A stretch of 64,000 nt of DNA from a virus. The stretch is from the IMG/VR virus record IMGVR_UViG_3300018080_000009, positions 32,001 to 96,000 of that record; one strand, 5' to 3'. Positions 9,668 through 19,392 of the stretch are shown here, piece after piece. A model generated the notes under the pieces. That model did no database searches and was not told the origin of the DNA. It saw nothing but the letters and a program-made list of their open reading frames with translations. Position numbers and translations under genes: made by a program. The first letter of the stretch is position 1, and each line of letters opens with the position of its first letter.

Positions 9668-9941
9668 GACCTTTGGTATCAAAGCTGCTGATAAGACTCC
9701 TTTGCAGAAGGAGCATCGAGCACAGCTTAGAATTCCTTATTGGGATTGTGAAGAAAACTATGAATTCAATTTTTTACCGAAACCCAAGGAGAGGGAGAAG
9801 ATTCGGTGTGAAATAGAAGTTATTTATACCAGTAGAATTGAATATGTTTCAGAAACAAATTCCAGTACAGTACCAACATGTACAGAGGGATATCCGATTT
9901 ATAGGTATGCCCAAGATGTGACTATTGGAGCAACAGTGTAG
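9639..9941 (+). CDS. Hypothetical protein
   Basis: ORF with GAGG upstream, within operon. Confidence 0.45.
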   Translation: MRSRFRMWDKTFGIKAADKTPLQKEHRAQLRIPYWDCEENYEFNFLPKPKEREKIRCEIEVIYTSRIEYVSETNSSTVPTCTEGYPIYRYAQDVTIGATV

Positions 9942-9949
9942 GAGTAGAT

Positions 9950-10270
9950 ATGAATTTATTTGAGTTGCAGGTTCGTATTCATGATATTGCCAAAGCTCAT
10001 GGGTGGTGGGAAGAACCCTGTGAAGATGGTACGCTTATATCTCTAATGCATGCTGAACTTTCTGAAGCTCTTGAGTGGCTGAGGAAAGACCCAGAAGCTA
10101 AGTCAGATCACATCCCAGAATTTTTAGGTGTAGAGGAGGAATTAGCTGACTGTATTATTCGTATTTTAGACTTCGCTGGAGCCAAGAGGCTAAAGGTTAT
10201 TGGAGCTATGTTGGCTAAGATACAGTTCAATGATACACGTTCTTATAGGCATGGTGAGAAGAGATTTTAA
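9950..10270 (+). CDS. MazG-like NTP pyrophosphohydrolase
   Basis: LMHAELSEALE...VEEELADCIIRILD (ExxE...ExxD motif). Confidence 0.8.
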   Translation: MNLFELQVRIHDIAKAHGWWEEPCEDGTLISLMHAELSEALEWLRKDPEAKSDHIPEFLGVEEELADCIIRILDFAGAKRLKVIGAMLAKIQFNDTRSYRHGEKRF

Positions 10271-10382
10271 CTGATTTCTTTACATCAAGGATTTAATACT
10301 CTATTATCACCGAATCATTTCATTCTAAGAGCAATAAGAATGATGTGGTTGCAAGGAAGAGGAAACATGTTATTATCTCCAG

Positions 10383-10457
10383 ACCCTATCGTATCTGTTA
10401 ATAGTTTATCCATTCCTTTTCCGCTATTAATAGATGATGCTCCGGTAGGGTTTTTTA
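10383..10457 (+). terminator. Long hairpin plus T-run upstream of initiator gene (terminator/attenuator-like)
   Basis: ACCCTATCG/CGGTAGGGT and ATCTGTTAATAG/CTATTAATAGAT stems, then TTTTTT. Confidence 0.5.
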
Positions 10458-10479
10458 TTCTCAAAATTCGGAGGATATC

Positions 10480-11418
10480 GTGTCAGATCTAGAGATGATC
10501 TTGTCGAATCCACAGCTCAATGACCGAGAAGTCAGGATATTGATGATCATATATTTGAGGCAAGAAGATGGAGAGTTTGTCACCAGATCTCAGATTTCAG
10601 AGAAAACAGGGATCAGCATTTCAACTGTTCAGAGATGTATCAAGTCACTTCGTGAGAGAGATTTGATTCATGTAACTAGGTGTAGCTCACAGAATTGGTT
10701 CCACGATCTAGGCCCAGTACTGGAGAGAATACGTTCTGTGCCCATTCAACATGGTGACCGGGCAGAACCGATGGAAAAATCTTGTCTGACCATTCAACAT
10801 GGTGACCATTCACAGCCTATTAGAGATATATCTATTATTAAGAACATTGAGAGTGGAGAAATAAACTATAGAGATAACGTATGTTTCTCCGAAGGAGAAA
10901 CCCCCATGCGCGTGAAGAATAAGAATAAAAATCTAAGAAAAATCATTTCGGATGAAGAGACTTCTTTCCAGAAAAAGAAAGAAGAGAAGCAGAAAAAGAG
11001 GATTGTTGAAGGTGGGGGTAAAGAACGTACAGTAGCCAAGAGTAACCAGAAGATCAGCTTTGAATCCAAAGAACCTTCGGAATACAATGGCAACGATTTG
11101 TATTATCTTATCCAGAAATTATGGAGGAGAAACAGATGGAGGGGGAATCCTACGCCATTCACCAGGAAAGATAGAAAACAAGCCAAAGGATTAATAGAGG
11201 AGCAGAGCCCAGAAATAGTTGTGGAGTATTTTCAGTATGTGTTCAATAATTGGAATGACATCAGCCGGAGGTACAGATTTAAGGGCATGCCCAGTTTAGG
11301 ACTGCTATATGGATTCAGACGACAGCTTCTTCCAGAGGCTTTGAATCAAACTGAAGTAGCAGTAGGTTGGGGAGCAGAATACACAGGTTCCCAGGAAGAT
11401 CCTGACGCTTGGGAATAG
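10480..11418 (+). CDS. Replication initiator-like wHTH protein
   Basis: N-terminal HTH (TRSQISEKTGISISTVQRCIKSLRERDLI); internal DNA repeats; DnaC-like loader nearby. Confidence 0.6.
   Translation: MSDLEMILSNPQLNDREVRILMIIYLRQEDGEFVTRSQISEKTGISISTVQRCIKSLRERDLIHVTRCSSQNWFHDLGPVLERIRSVPIQHGDRAEPMEKSCLTIQHGDHSQPIRDISIIKNIESGEINYRDNVCFSEGETPMRVKNKNKNLRKIISDEETSFQKKKEEKQKKRIVEGGGKERTVAKSNQKISFESKEPSEYNGNDLYYLIQKLWRRNRWRGNPTPFTRKDRKQAKGLIEEQSPEIVVEYFQYVFNNWNDISRRYRFKGMPSLGLLYGFRRQLLPEALNQTEVAVGWGAEYTGSQEDPDAWE
10742..10812. repeat. 18-bp direct repeat CCATTCAACATGGTGACC x2 plus partial third (putative iterons)
   Basis: Exact copies at 10742-10759 and 10790-10807; partial CCATTCA at 10806-10812. 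Confidence 0.75.
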
Positions 11419-11431
11419 AAAGGCAAGAGAA

Positions 11432-11869
11432 ATGGGATTGAGTAAAGCTACGCTAGAAAGATGCAAGCATCTGACTATTGTTACAAACGAGGATGGAAGC
11501 TTTCAGATCACCGTTACAGATCCGAGATTTGATCACAGGGTTATGGATACTTATCGTGCACGTACACCGGTAGACTGTGAGAGAGTAAAACGTGCATGGA
11601 CAGTTAAGTTCAATATTCCGAAGGAACTTGTTTTTGACAAGACCAAGGAAGATCCCTCAGAATACGAGAACATGAAAGATACATCTCCAGGAATTAAGAG
11701 ACCAAGCCAAGTTCCAGATGAGAATTCAGATGATACATTGAATATTAAGTTACCGAAATCTGGTGAAGGGGGGATGTCAACGCCCACAAATGTTGATTAT
11801 GAGAAAGGTACGGTTGAAGAAGTAGTTGAGGTTGAAGATGAAGCCGATATTCGGAGTGAGACTGAATAA
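11432..11869 (+). CDS. Hypothetical protein
   Basis: 145-aa ORF with acidic tail. Confidence 0.5.
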   Translation: MGLSKATLERCKHLTIVTNEDGSFQITVTDPRFDHRVMDTYRARTPVDCERVKRAWTVKFNIPKELVFDKTKEDPSEYENMKDTSPGIKRPSQVPDENSDDTLNIKLPKSGEGGMSTPTNVDYEKGTVEEVVEVEDEADIRSETE

Positions 11870-11944
11870 GTTTGGTCTAAGTTGGAAGGAATATTTGGTT
11901 CTAGGTGGAGTAGTCATAATACTAGTCCTTTTATGGAGGAAAGA

Positions 11945-12319
11945 ATGGCAGAAGTCCATTGGTCAATCAAAGAATTAGATGATCAACTTTATACCTATAA
12001 GGCCAATGTTGTTCGTGTTGTAGATGGAGATACTTTAGTACTCGACATAGATTTAGGCCGACATATTTGGGACCATGGTGTGAGGTTGAGAGTATTGAAT
12101 ATCAATACTCCAGAACCTCGTGGTGATACTAAGGCTGAGGGTTTAGCTGCTAGTGAGCGTACAAGACAATTGGTGGAGTCTTCGAATAACAAGGTATATG
12201 TGAAGACTCGTAAGGACGACAGCTTTGGTAGAGGATTGGGAGAGGTCATTCTCAGCAATGGAATGAGTCTAGGTGAGGTTCTTTTAGAAGAGGGATTTGC
12301 AGTCCCGTATATGAAGTAA
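11945..12319 (+). CDS. Thermonuclease (SNase-like) family nuclease
   Basis: VVRVVDGDTL...RLRVLNINTPE...DSFGRGLGEV...LLEEGFA; ATG at 11945 after GGAGG. Confidence 0.85.
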   Translation: MAEVHWSIKELDDQLYTYKANVVRVVDGDTLVLDIDLGRHIWDHGVRLRVLNINTPEPRGDTKAEGLAASERTRQLVESSNNKVYVKTRKDDSFGRGLGEVILSNGMSLGEVLLEEGFAVPYMK

Positions 12320-12321
12320 AC

Positions 12322-12909
12322 ATGCCAATAGAACTAAGTAAGAAGCATCTTTTGTACATGAATATCGGAGAGAACTTCTGGGGAGCTTCTCTTGAGAAGT
12401 TTAATCATGCCCAGAATGATGCAGTAAAAGTTTATTTGTCTGATATTGAGCAGAATATTTCCAAAGGTAAGGGATTGTTTATCTGGGGGAATAATAGCGT
12501 TGGGAAGAGTTTTGTTTCTGCAGCAGTGTGCAAACATGTTTGGAAAGAGTTTCGAGTAGCTTCATATTGTGTTTTGTCCACAGAATTGGCGGAAGCATGG
12601 CTTCCGAATTCATTCTTTCCAGCACACGAAGATTCAGATGAGCTGATGGTTGATAGAATAGAAGACATTAGGTTTTTGGTTATTGATGACATTGGCAAGG
12701 AACACAGGGCAGGAACCGGATATTTTGAGACGAAGCTTGGAGCTTTGTTGAGATATAGAGCTCGGCATAAGAGGGTAACGTTTCTTACAGCCAATATGGG
12801 TCCAATAGATTTTGGCAAGATTTATGGAGCTTCAGCAGCGCAATTGGCAATGGAATGTATGAGGCCACGTGAATTAAAAGGACCTAACATGAGAAAAGGC
12901 AGAATCTAG
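12322..12909 (+). CDS. DnaC/IstB-like ATPase (helicase loader)
   Basis: Walker A GNNSVGKS, Walker B FLVIDDIGKE, TFLTAN. Confidence 0.8.
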   Translation: MPIELSKKHLLYMNIGENFWGASLEKFNHAQNDAVKVYLSDIEQNISKGKGLFIWGNNSVGKSFVSAAVCKHVWKEFRVASYCVLSTELAEAWLPNSFFPAHEDSDELMVDRIEDIRFLVIDDIGKEHRAGTGYFETKLGALLRYRARHKRVTFLTANMGPIDFGKIYGASAAQLAMECMRPRELKGPNMRKGRI

Positions 12910-12920
12910 AAGGAGATGAC

Positions 12921-13796
12921 ATGGAAGAATTTGCTACATTGAAATTGACACGACCCTATATGCACGGATCAGCAGTAAAACGACTTCAAGAATTCGGGGA
13001 TCAACTTGGATTTGATTATGGAGATAATGACGGAATTTTCGGTTCAGATACCAAGGATTCTGTTGTTGCCATGCAGGAGAATTTTGGTCTAGAGGCAGAT
13101 GGGGTATGTGGACCGAAAACGTGGAAGGCAATACTGAATGCTTTAGACAGCAATTACACTGGTTTTGATGAGAATGATTCAAATGCTCTGATAGTAGATA
13201 TTCGTGGTATGCATCCGCATCCGAAGTTGTACAAGTGTTCCAGGGAATGGAGTGATATTGAGGGGGTTGTCATTCATCAGACTGGATGCAAAATGCCTCT
13301 GAACCCAGAGAAATGGGGCCGACTCAATGCTCATATAGGAGTAACCAGGGAAGGGCGTGTTGTTTTAGTAAATGATTTTAAGGATTGGATTTGGCATGCT
13401 CAAGGTTTAAGTAAGAGGAGTATTGGTATTGAGATAGCAGGAAATTTCCCAGGTATTGAGGGAAATATGAAAACACTGTGGAAGGGCGGTGGAGGTCCCC
13501 ATGCTTTGACAGCAGGTCAGATGGAAGGTCTTGAAACAGTCCTTCATTTGATTAAGGCTGAGTTCATGCTGGCAAGGGTTCCCTGGAAATATGTCAATGT
13601 TCATAGGCAGAGTGCACCGTCTAGGGTAGCTGATCCAGGCAGTGAGATTTACAAGAAGATTGTCATTCCTTGGATGGAATTTTTAGGTGCTACAGACGGA
13701 GGTCCTGATTTCTTTACAGGCAAAAAGAAGAAAGGAAATCCGGTTCCGAAGGAATGGAACCCTAATTACAAATATGGATACTTTCAGAGATTATAG
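12921..13796 (+). CDS. Endolysin: peptidoglycan-binding domain + N-acetylmuramoyl-L-alanine amidase
   Basis: DGIFGSDT / DGVCGPKTW PG_binding_1 repeats; VVIHQT, AH, SIGIEIAG, HR...DPG amidase_2 motifs. Confidence 0.85.
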   Translation: MEEFATLKLTRPYMHGSAVKRLQEFGDQLGFDYGDNDGIFGSDTKDSVVAMQENFGLEADGVCGPKTWKAILNALDSNYTGFDENDSNALIVDIRGMHPHPKLYKCSREWSDIEGVVIHQTGCKMPLNPEKWGRLNAHIGVTREGRVVLVNDFKDWIWHAQGLSKRSIGIEIAGNFPGIEGNMKTLWKGGGGPHALTAGQMEGLETVLHLIKAEFMLARVPWKYVNVHRQSAPSRVADPGSEIYKKIVIPWMEFLGATDGGPDFFTGKKKKGNPVPKEWNPNYKYGYFQRL

Positions 13797-13803
13797 GTGA
13801 AAC

Positions 13804-14370
13804 ATGTCCAATTTATTACAGCTAAATAGTGAACATTTTGATAACGAGATTCAGATGGATCTTGTTGAGATAGGTTGTGCCCATAAGATTGGTGCATTTT
13901 CTATGGAGAGGATGAGGTATGAGAAGACCAAGTCTGCTATAGGAGATGAGATTATTTATCGATTAGTTACTCAGATGGTTGCAGAAGCTTTGACTCCTAA
14001 GACTGAGACAAATACCTTGGTTGAGTTTGATAAGACTGTAGAGGTAGACCTCCATATGGAAACTGTTGTACCCTTGTCTTGGTGGCAGCATTTTAAGAGG
14101 GATTGTTTTCCCCAATGGATGCTGAAAATTTGGCCAGTGAAATGGGAAGTGAAGAATTCTGTTGAAAGGAAGAAGTTCATATTCAAAGGCAGAAAGAAAG
14201 TAGATGTGAAAGTGTTAGCAACGTATCCCAAGTTCAATCAAGTAGTTCCGGATTTAGGTCATTCTGTAATAAAGGCACATGTTTTAGGCTGTAGTGATGT
14301 TCCGATGAATGGAACGTGTGATGTCGAGGTCACAGAAATAAAAGAAGGAGAGACAAATGGCAAAGAGTGA
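13804..14370 (+). CDS. Hypothetical protein
   Basis: 188-aa ORF in operon. Confidence 0.5.
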   Translation: MSNLLQLNSEHFDNEIQMDLVEIGCAHKIGAFSMERMRYEKTKSAIGDEIIYRLVTQMVAEALTPKTETNTLVEFDKTVEVDLHMETVVPLSWWQHFKRDCFPQWMLKIWPVKWEVKNSVERKKFIFKGRKKVDVKVLATYPKFNQVVPDLGHSVIKAHVLGCSDVPMNGTCDVEVTEIKEGETNGKE

Positions 14371-14671
14371 GAAGAAAGCACCAGTAACGGTTAATAGAAA
14401 TGTATCCCTGACTTACGTCGAGGGTAAGGGATACGACATCGACATGGGGAGCATGAGTACTATGGACTTTATTAAGTTCATAGGTACCGCTTCTGCCTCG
14501 ATAGTTAAGATCAAGGATCTAGCCGAAGCCGAGAGAGAGTTAGTGCTTTCTTTCCAGAAGGCCAGGGCAAATGCTCTAGAGGAAAAAGAGAAGGATTCTG
14601 CTTCCCGCTCTGCAAAACCGAAGGCAAAGGTTACAGAGAATTCTGGCAAGGATACTCCGAAGAATGACTAG
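14357..14671 (+). CDS. Hypothetical protein
   Basis: RBS GAAGGAG; overlaps neighbours. Confidence 0.5.
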   Translation: MAKSEKKAPVTVNRNVSLTYVEGKGYDIDMGSMSTMDFIKFIGTASASIVKIKDLAEAERELVLSFQKARANALEEKEKDSASRSAKPKAKVTENSGKDTPKND

Positions 14672-15245
14672 ACCTAAACGCTACCTATTGACCTACTTGT
14701 GGACGATTCCTTGTGATGTCATCGTGTGGCTTATGCTTCTGATCATGTGGGGTTTATGGGGAACGAGGTTGCACTGGCTTGAAGGTGTTTGGTTTGAATT
14801 TAAAAGCAATTCATGGCCTACCAGAACATGGTACAGAAAACGTGACAAGAATAGCCACTTTCAGACCAATCCGGTAGAGGATCAGCCCCTATTAGGTCGA
14901 TGGAAAACTTGGGGAGGTACGACACTAGGCCACGGAGGATTTTTAGGCCCTGGCAGAGCTGGAGGTGAAGGCATAGATACCAAGATAGAGGGTCATGAAC
15001 ATACTCATACAGAACAGTATGAGGTGGCTATGCTTGTGAACTTTCTTACCCAGCTCATATTGGTTTCTGCACTTCTGATTACAAAGCAAGATCCGGTTTG
15101 GATAGTACATCTTGTTTTGTGGATCTCTGGTGGGATATTTTCCTATGTGTGCAGCATGTTCCAAGCAGTGCTTCGTGGAGAGGATGCGTATCGGGGTAAT
15201 ATCAATGAGGAGTCGGCATATGCTCAATGGAGAGATAACCAATGA
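14664..15245 (+). CDS. Membrane protein with HExxH motif (possible metallopeptidase-like)
   Basis: Hydrophobic segments; GGTTLGH...HEHTH...EESAY. Confidence 0.5.
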   Translation: MTRPKRYLLTYLWTIPCDVIVWLMLLIMWGLWGTRLHWLEGVWFEFKSNSWPTRTWYRKRDKNSHFQTNPVEDQPLLGRWKTWGGTTLGHGGFLGPGRAGGEGIDTKIEGHEHTHTEQYEVAMLVNFLTQLILVSALLITKQDPVWIVHLVLWISGGIFSYVCSMFQAVLRGEDAYRGNINEESAYAQWRDNQ

Positions 15246-15591
15246 GCCAGCCCCGATATTCTTAGTTGATTACAGACTTCTGCTTGAGACGAAGACTCGG
15301 TTCTTTTTTTCGAGAAAGCTCACTTTGCATCCAGAAACTCCTGCTTGGAGCAGAAGAAATTGGGAACACAATATTGTAATTTTTTCTGTAGGGTCTAAGG
15401 ACAAAGATGTTGTCGAAAGATTATTGAGTCCATACTTCAGAGAATTCATGCATTTTAGGTCGAGCACAGAATTTTTTGTTTGGGTTCAGCTATCTAAGTA
15501 TATCCGTAGAGTCATCACTGATGATCCAGCTTTATTGGGCTTGGATAATGTTTACAAGAGTTTTGGTGGTTGGAGGGAGAGAATAATCTAA
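15220..15591 (+). CDS. Hypothetical protein coupled to helicase
   Basis: ATG at 15220 after GAGGAG; stop overlaps the helicase start. Confidence 0.5.
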   Translation: MLNGEITNEPAPIFLVDYRLLLETKTRFFFSRKLTLHPETPAWSRRNWEHNIVIFSVGSKDKDVVERLLSPYFREFMHFRSSTEFFVWVQLSKYIRRVITDDPALLGLDNVYKSFGGWRERII

Positions 15592-16838
15592 TGGACTTGG
15601 AACGAGCACTGATCTCTAAAGTTCTTTTTGATAAATGTTATTCAGATGCAGTTGACGAACATATTGTAGAGGAATTGTTCGTAGAACATAGGGAAGTATG
15701 GAAATGGGTAGTTGAAGAATACAAGAAACATGGAGATGAACCTCCGGTAGACTTCCTAGAAGAAAGATGGCCCCAATTTGAATTTGGTATGTCAGAAGGT
15801 TCAGTTCCTTTTCTAGTGGAGGAATTGAAGAAGAGACGTGTTAAAAGTCTTATTATTGACAGTATTCGTAAGCAAGGTGATTTGATAAAGGCTAAAGACC
15901 CGATGGCTGCCCTTGATGAAGTCAGGACTTTGCTTATCAAAGCCGATATGGAGACCAGACCATCGAGAGATGTAAATTTGACTGAGAATCCCCTTGATAG
16001 AAGGAAGAAGTATGATGAGATAGTCAATGCTGGTGGTGTTACGGGAATGCCTTCACCGTGGCCGCCTTTAGACGAAGAGACGCAAGGATTTCACCCGGAA
16101 GACTTGATTATGTTTGCTGGTAGAGCTGGAGTTGGTAAGACATTTACAGAAATGGTTCTTGCCAGGTATCATTGGTCTTTAGGATATGTACCTCTTGTGT
16201 TTTCTCGTGAGATGGCAGTTTGGCAAATTATTCGTAGAATTGATGCGATAAATGCAGAACTGCCTTACAAGAGATTTAGAGGAGGCCAGCTATCTTCAGA
16301 TGAGCTTGAGAGATGGATGCAGGCCCTGAAAGATATGGAAGGAGGTACTCCATTCTGGGTCAGTGGAGATGATGATGTTTTAGGGGTATCGGGAATTGAG
16401 GCCAAGATAAAGAAATACCGTCCACATGGTGTGTACATTGATGGAGCTTACTTAATTGGTGACGAACGAGGAGCCAAGGCGGTTTGGGAGAAGTTTCTAA
16501 ATGTCTGTTGGGATTTGAAGAAATTGGCCCGTCGAGTAAAGCTACCGATATTTGTTACTCATCAATTTAATTTATCGGGTTTAGGTGAGAAGGGAACGGC
16601 AGACACCATGAAATTTGGTGATGTCAAGATGTGGTTCGATTTAATGATAGGTCAGTACCAAGATGAGAGCATGAAATTGAATAAGGAAATGCTCTTCAAG
16701 ATTATAAAACAGAGAGAGGGTGACGAGGTTCAGTGGGTATCTGAATGGGACTTAGACAGGATGTGTTTTGGCCATAAGAAATCAGGGCATGATGACATCC
16801 CAGATGAAGCAGAAGAAGATCCGGCAGTAAGATATTAG
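15591..16838 (+). CDS. dnaB: DnaB-like replicative helicase
   Basis: AGRAGVGKT, FSREM, VYIDGAYL, THQFN, KQREG motifs. Confidence 0.9.
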   Translation: MDLERALISKVLFDKCYSDAVDEHIVEELFVEHREVWKWVVEEYKKHGDEPPVDFLEERWPQFEFGMSEGSVPFLVEELKKRRVKSLIIDSIRKQGDLIKAKDPMAALDEVRTLLIKADMETRPSRDVNLTENPLDRRKKYDEIVNAGGVTGMPSPWPPLDEETQGFHPEDLIMFAGRAGVGKTFTEMVLARYHWSLGYVPLVFSREMAVWQIIRRIDAINAELPYKRFRGGQLSSDELERWMQALKDMEGGTPFWVSGDDDVLGVSGIEAKIKKYRPHGVYIDGAYLIGDERGAKAVWEKFLNVCWDLKKLARRVKLPIFVTHQFNLSGLGEKGTADTMKFGDVKMWFDLMIGQYQDESMKLNKEMLFKIIKQREGDEVQWVSEWDLDRMCFGHKKSGHDDIPDEAEEDPAVRY

Positions 16839-16846
16839 GAGGAGCT

Positions 16847-17116
16847 ATGGGACGTGTGATAGATAAACGGTTAGAGTATTTGTCGAGAATAGGTCCGGCC
16901 GAGGTAAAGAGATCTCAAATTCTAGAGATAGGCATGTATGATCCTGTTGTAGACGAGGCTTTAAGTGTGTGGAGAAGAGGAAGTGCAACATGGGATCAAG
17001 TCATGTCTTGGTTAGTTTTGGTGATTACTAGGGAAAATACTGTTTTGTCAGACAGGTTGTTGAGGGCATTGAAGATGGTTAATGAAGATCAGTATAAAGA
17101 AATCATGGGTGAGTGA
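16847..17116 (+). CDS. Hypothetical protein
   Basis: RBS AGGAGG. Confidence 0.5.
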   Translation: MGRVIDKRLEYLSRIGPAEVKRSQILEIGMYDPVVDEALSVWRRGSATWDQVMSWLVLVITRENTVLSDRLLRALKMVNEDQYKEIMGE

Positions 17117-17355
17117 TGGCTAAGTATGTAGAAGTAGAAGAAAAAGATCTGCAGATTCTCATAGAGTGTATCGAGTATGTGATAACTCGATATGAAAATG
17201 ATGATCCAGAGATGTGTGAATATCTCAAGGAACAGTTAAGTGAAGTCTTGCGGCATGTCGATAATGAGACTCGTGGAGGTAAAGTTGCTTCAGAGATCGA
17301 TGTGGTTCTAGGTGTTATTGGAGGACATGTAGATGGAGAAGGAGAACGTGATTGA
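17113..17355 (+). CDS. Hypothetical protein
   Basis: Overlaps both neighbours. Confidence 0.45.
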   Translation: MMAKYVEVEEKDLQILIECIEYVITRYENDDPEMCEYLKEQLSEVLRHVDNETRGGKVASEIDVVLGVIGGHVDGEGERD

Positions 17356-18304
17356 GGTTCTCAGACGTTTAGGCGTGTCTAATATCCAAGTTCATTCGAA
17401 AAATATTCAGTGTTCATGTTTCTTGGCTAGGTGGAAGGCCGGACACGATTCCAATGCTTCTGGGAATAAGTCTTCAATGGGTATATCTATATCGGAAGGT
17501 GATGTGTCAGTAGTACATTGTTTTAGTTGTGGCTTTAGTGGGACTTTGCTCCATGCAATTACTATGTATGGAGCTTATTCTGGTGAAGACATTAAGGAAT
17601 TGGCCAAGTATGTAGTCTCTTTGGAAAAGGGAGACATTGATGCAGTACTTGATAAGATAGATCGATTAGAGGAGGAGAAGAAAATTCAGATAGAGGTATT
17701 AGATGAGTCATTTTTAGATGATTGGCCTCCGATGGCTCATAAGTACTTAGTGAATAGGGGTATTTCAGTAGAAACCCAAAAAGCATGGGGTTCTAGATGG
17801 GATACTAATCAGAAGAGAGTAGTCATTCCAGTAAGGCTGTATGATGGTGCTCTTATTGGGGCCGTAGGACGACAAGTAGTGAAAAGAGGGCCGAAATATT
17901 GGAATTATGGGAACTTCAAAAAGGCTCAAGTATTGTTTGGAGAGCATTTGGCTAGGAAAGGGGATCCCTTAGTCATAGTAGAAGGGCCTCTGGATGCCGT
18001 TACAGTGTGGCAAAGCTTGAGAGGAACTGAGTATAGCGTTGTAGGTTTGATGGGGTCTGAGGCTTCACGAGTGCAGGTTCAGCGTATAATGGACCTGACT
18101 GATGAGGCTCTGCTGTTTTTTGATAATGATCCAGCAGGGATTACGGGTACGAGGAAGCTGTCTAAGGTCTTGGAGAAGAGAATAGATGTACGATATGTAA
18201 GATATGGTCGGGATGAATATTCAGCAGATCCGGCCTCGCTGATTTTGTCAGGATGTAGTATTATAGACCGATTAAAACAGGCTTCTGTTGTGGTATGGAG
18301 GTGA
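17333..18304 (+). CDS. dnaG: DNA primase (Zn-binding + TOPRIM)
   Basis: C...H...HCFSC zinc site; YLVNRGI; PKY; IVEGPLDA; FFDNDPAG; DP. Confidence 0.9.
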   Translation: MEKENVIEVLRRLGVSNIQVHSKNIQCSCFLARWKAGHDSNASGNKSSMGISISEGDVSVVHCFSCGFSGTLLHAITMYGAYSGEDIKELAKYVVSLEKGDIDAVLDKIDRLEEEKKIQIEVLDESFLDDWPPMAHKYLVNRGISVETQKAWGSRWDTNQKRVVIPVRLYDGALIGAVGRQVVKRGPKYWNYGNFKKAQVLFGEHLARKGDPLVIVEGPLDAVTVWQSLRGTEYSVVGLMGSEASRVQVQRIMDLTDEALLFFDNDPAGITGTRKLSKVLEKRIDVRYVRYGRDEYSADPASLILSGCSIIDRLKQASVVVWR

Positions 18305-18308
18305 AATT

Positions 18309-19292
18309 ATGAAAGTACCAACTGTCTTGATGATCTTGACTGTGCTGTTGCTTTGTCTAGCAGCATATACAGCCTGGGGTGAAGGTAGGAGGAAGACTAT
18401 GATTGATCTGGTCTTCGATGGAGCTCAGATTGAGTCAAGGGAAAAAGCCAAAGAGGAGGTAAAAGACGTAGACATCAGATCTATAGTGGATCTCGAAAAT
18501 TTATGGTCAAAAGATGATGGGGATACAGATCTTTGGATACGATTTGTTAGAGGGATTTTGAGATCCCGTCAGAAGGAGAGGATAAACGGAACAAAGTACA
18601 TTGATTGGGAAGCGTGTGGAGAGGACATTCCAGATGAAGAGCTATACGATAGAGCTACCACATGGGCATTGTCCATAGTGACTTCTTTAAAGGAAGTTGA
18701 GGAGCAGTTTGGAGTAAAGATTAATCCTTGGGGAGCATTTGCAACTACGGCCAATGAAGGTGGATTTAATGAATGTAGTTTGAACTATGCAGCCAGAAAA
18801 TGGGCTTCTCAGCATGTAGGCCGAGAATTAATTGAGGAAACGTGGAAGGGAAAAACGGTAAAAAGAAAGGTCAATAAGAAAGTAGTAGAGAGATTTCGAT
18901 TGACCTATGACCGAGATACAGTCTGGAAGATTATCAATCATGAGGATTATGCGGATGCTTATGTTTGGATAACGACTAAAGGCAATATCAGAAAAAAGGT
19001 CTATCTGAAGAATAAGTTTGATGGTGGTCCGTATCAAATGAGGTTTTCAGTTAAGACAGTTTCGAGAGAGCAATTTGATTACCTGCTGTCGATACATCCT
19101 GGAGTATATTTGGGTTTGAAGGAGATGGCCCGTAGAGCAGCAGAAGCTCAGAGATGGCATAGATTAGATGATCCTCATGCAAGACCGTGGGCTATGTGGC
19201 CAGGATATAAGTCACCAGCAATAAGTCATAGGTATGACAGAAAAATCAGAAGTGTAGCAAGATGGCTTGGTGCCAGAAAAAATGAGATCTAG
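18309..19292 (+). CDS. Membrane-anchored/secreted lysozyme-fold (SLT-like) protein
   Basis: N-terminal hydrophobic segment; ATTANEGGFN (cf. ESxFN) and DGGPYQM (cf. GLMQ). Confidence 0.4.
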   Translation: MKVPTVLMILTVLLLCLAAYTAWGEGRRKTMIDLVFDGAQIESREKAKEEVKDVDIRSIVDLENLWSKDDGDTDLWIRFVRGILRSRQKERINGTKYIDWEACGEDIPDEELYDRATTWALSIVTSLKEVEEQFGVKINPWGAFATTANEGGFNECSLNYAARKWASQHVGRELIEETWKGKTVKRKVNKKVVERFRLTYDRDTVWKIINHEDYADAYVWITTKGNIRKKVYLKNKFDGGPYQMRFSVKTVSREQFDYLLSIHPGVYLGLKEMARRAAEAQRWHRLDDPHARPWAMWPGYKSPAISHRYDRKIRSVARWLGARKNEI

Positions 19293-19303
19293 AATAACCT
19301 TGC

Positions 19304-19332
19304 TTGACAAAACTCTTTAGATCTATTACCTT
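19304..19332 (+). promoter_or_regulatory. Sigma70-type promoter, copy 2 (ssb-polA operon)
   Basis: TTGACA-17-TACCTT. Confidence 0.7.
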
Positions 19333-19392
19333 TGATGTATCCCTAGTATACTATTGTAGGGACAAGAAGCGGAATACCCGCAGGAGGAAACA

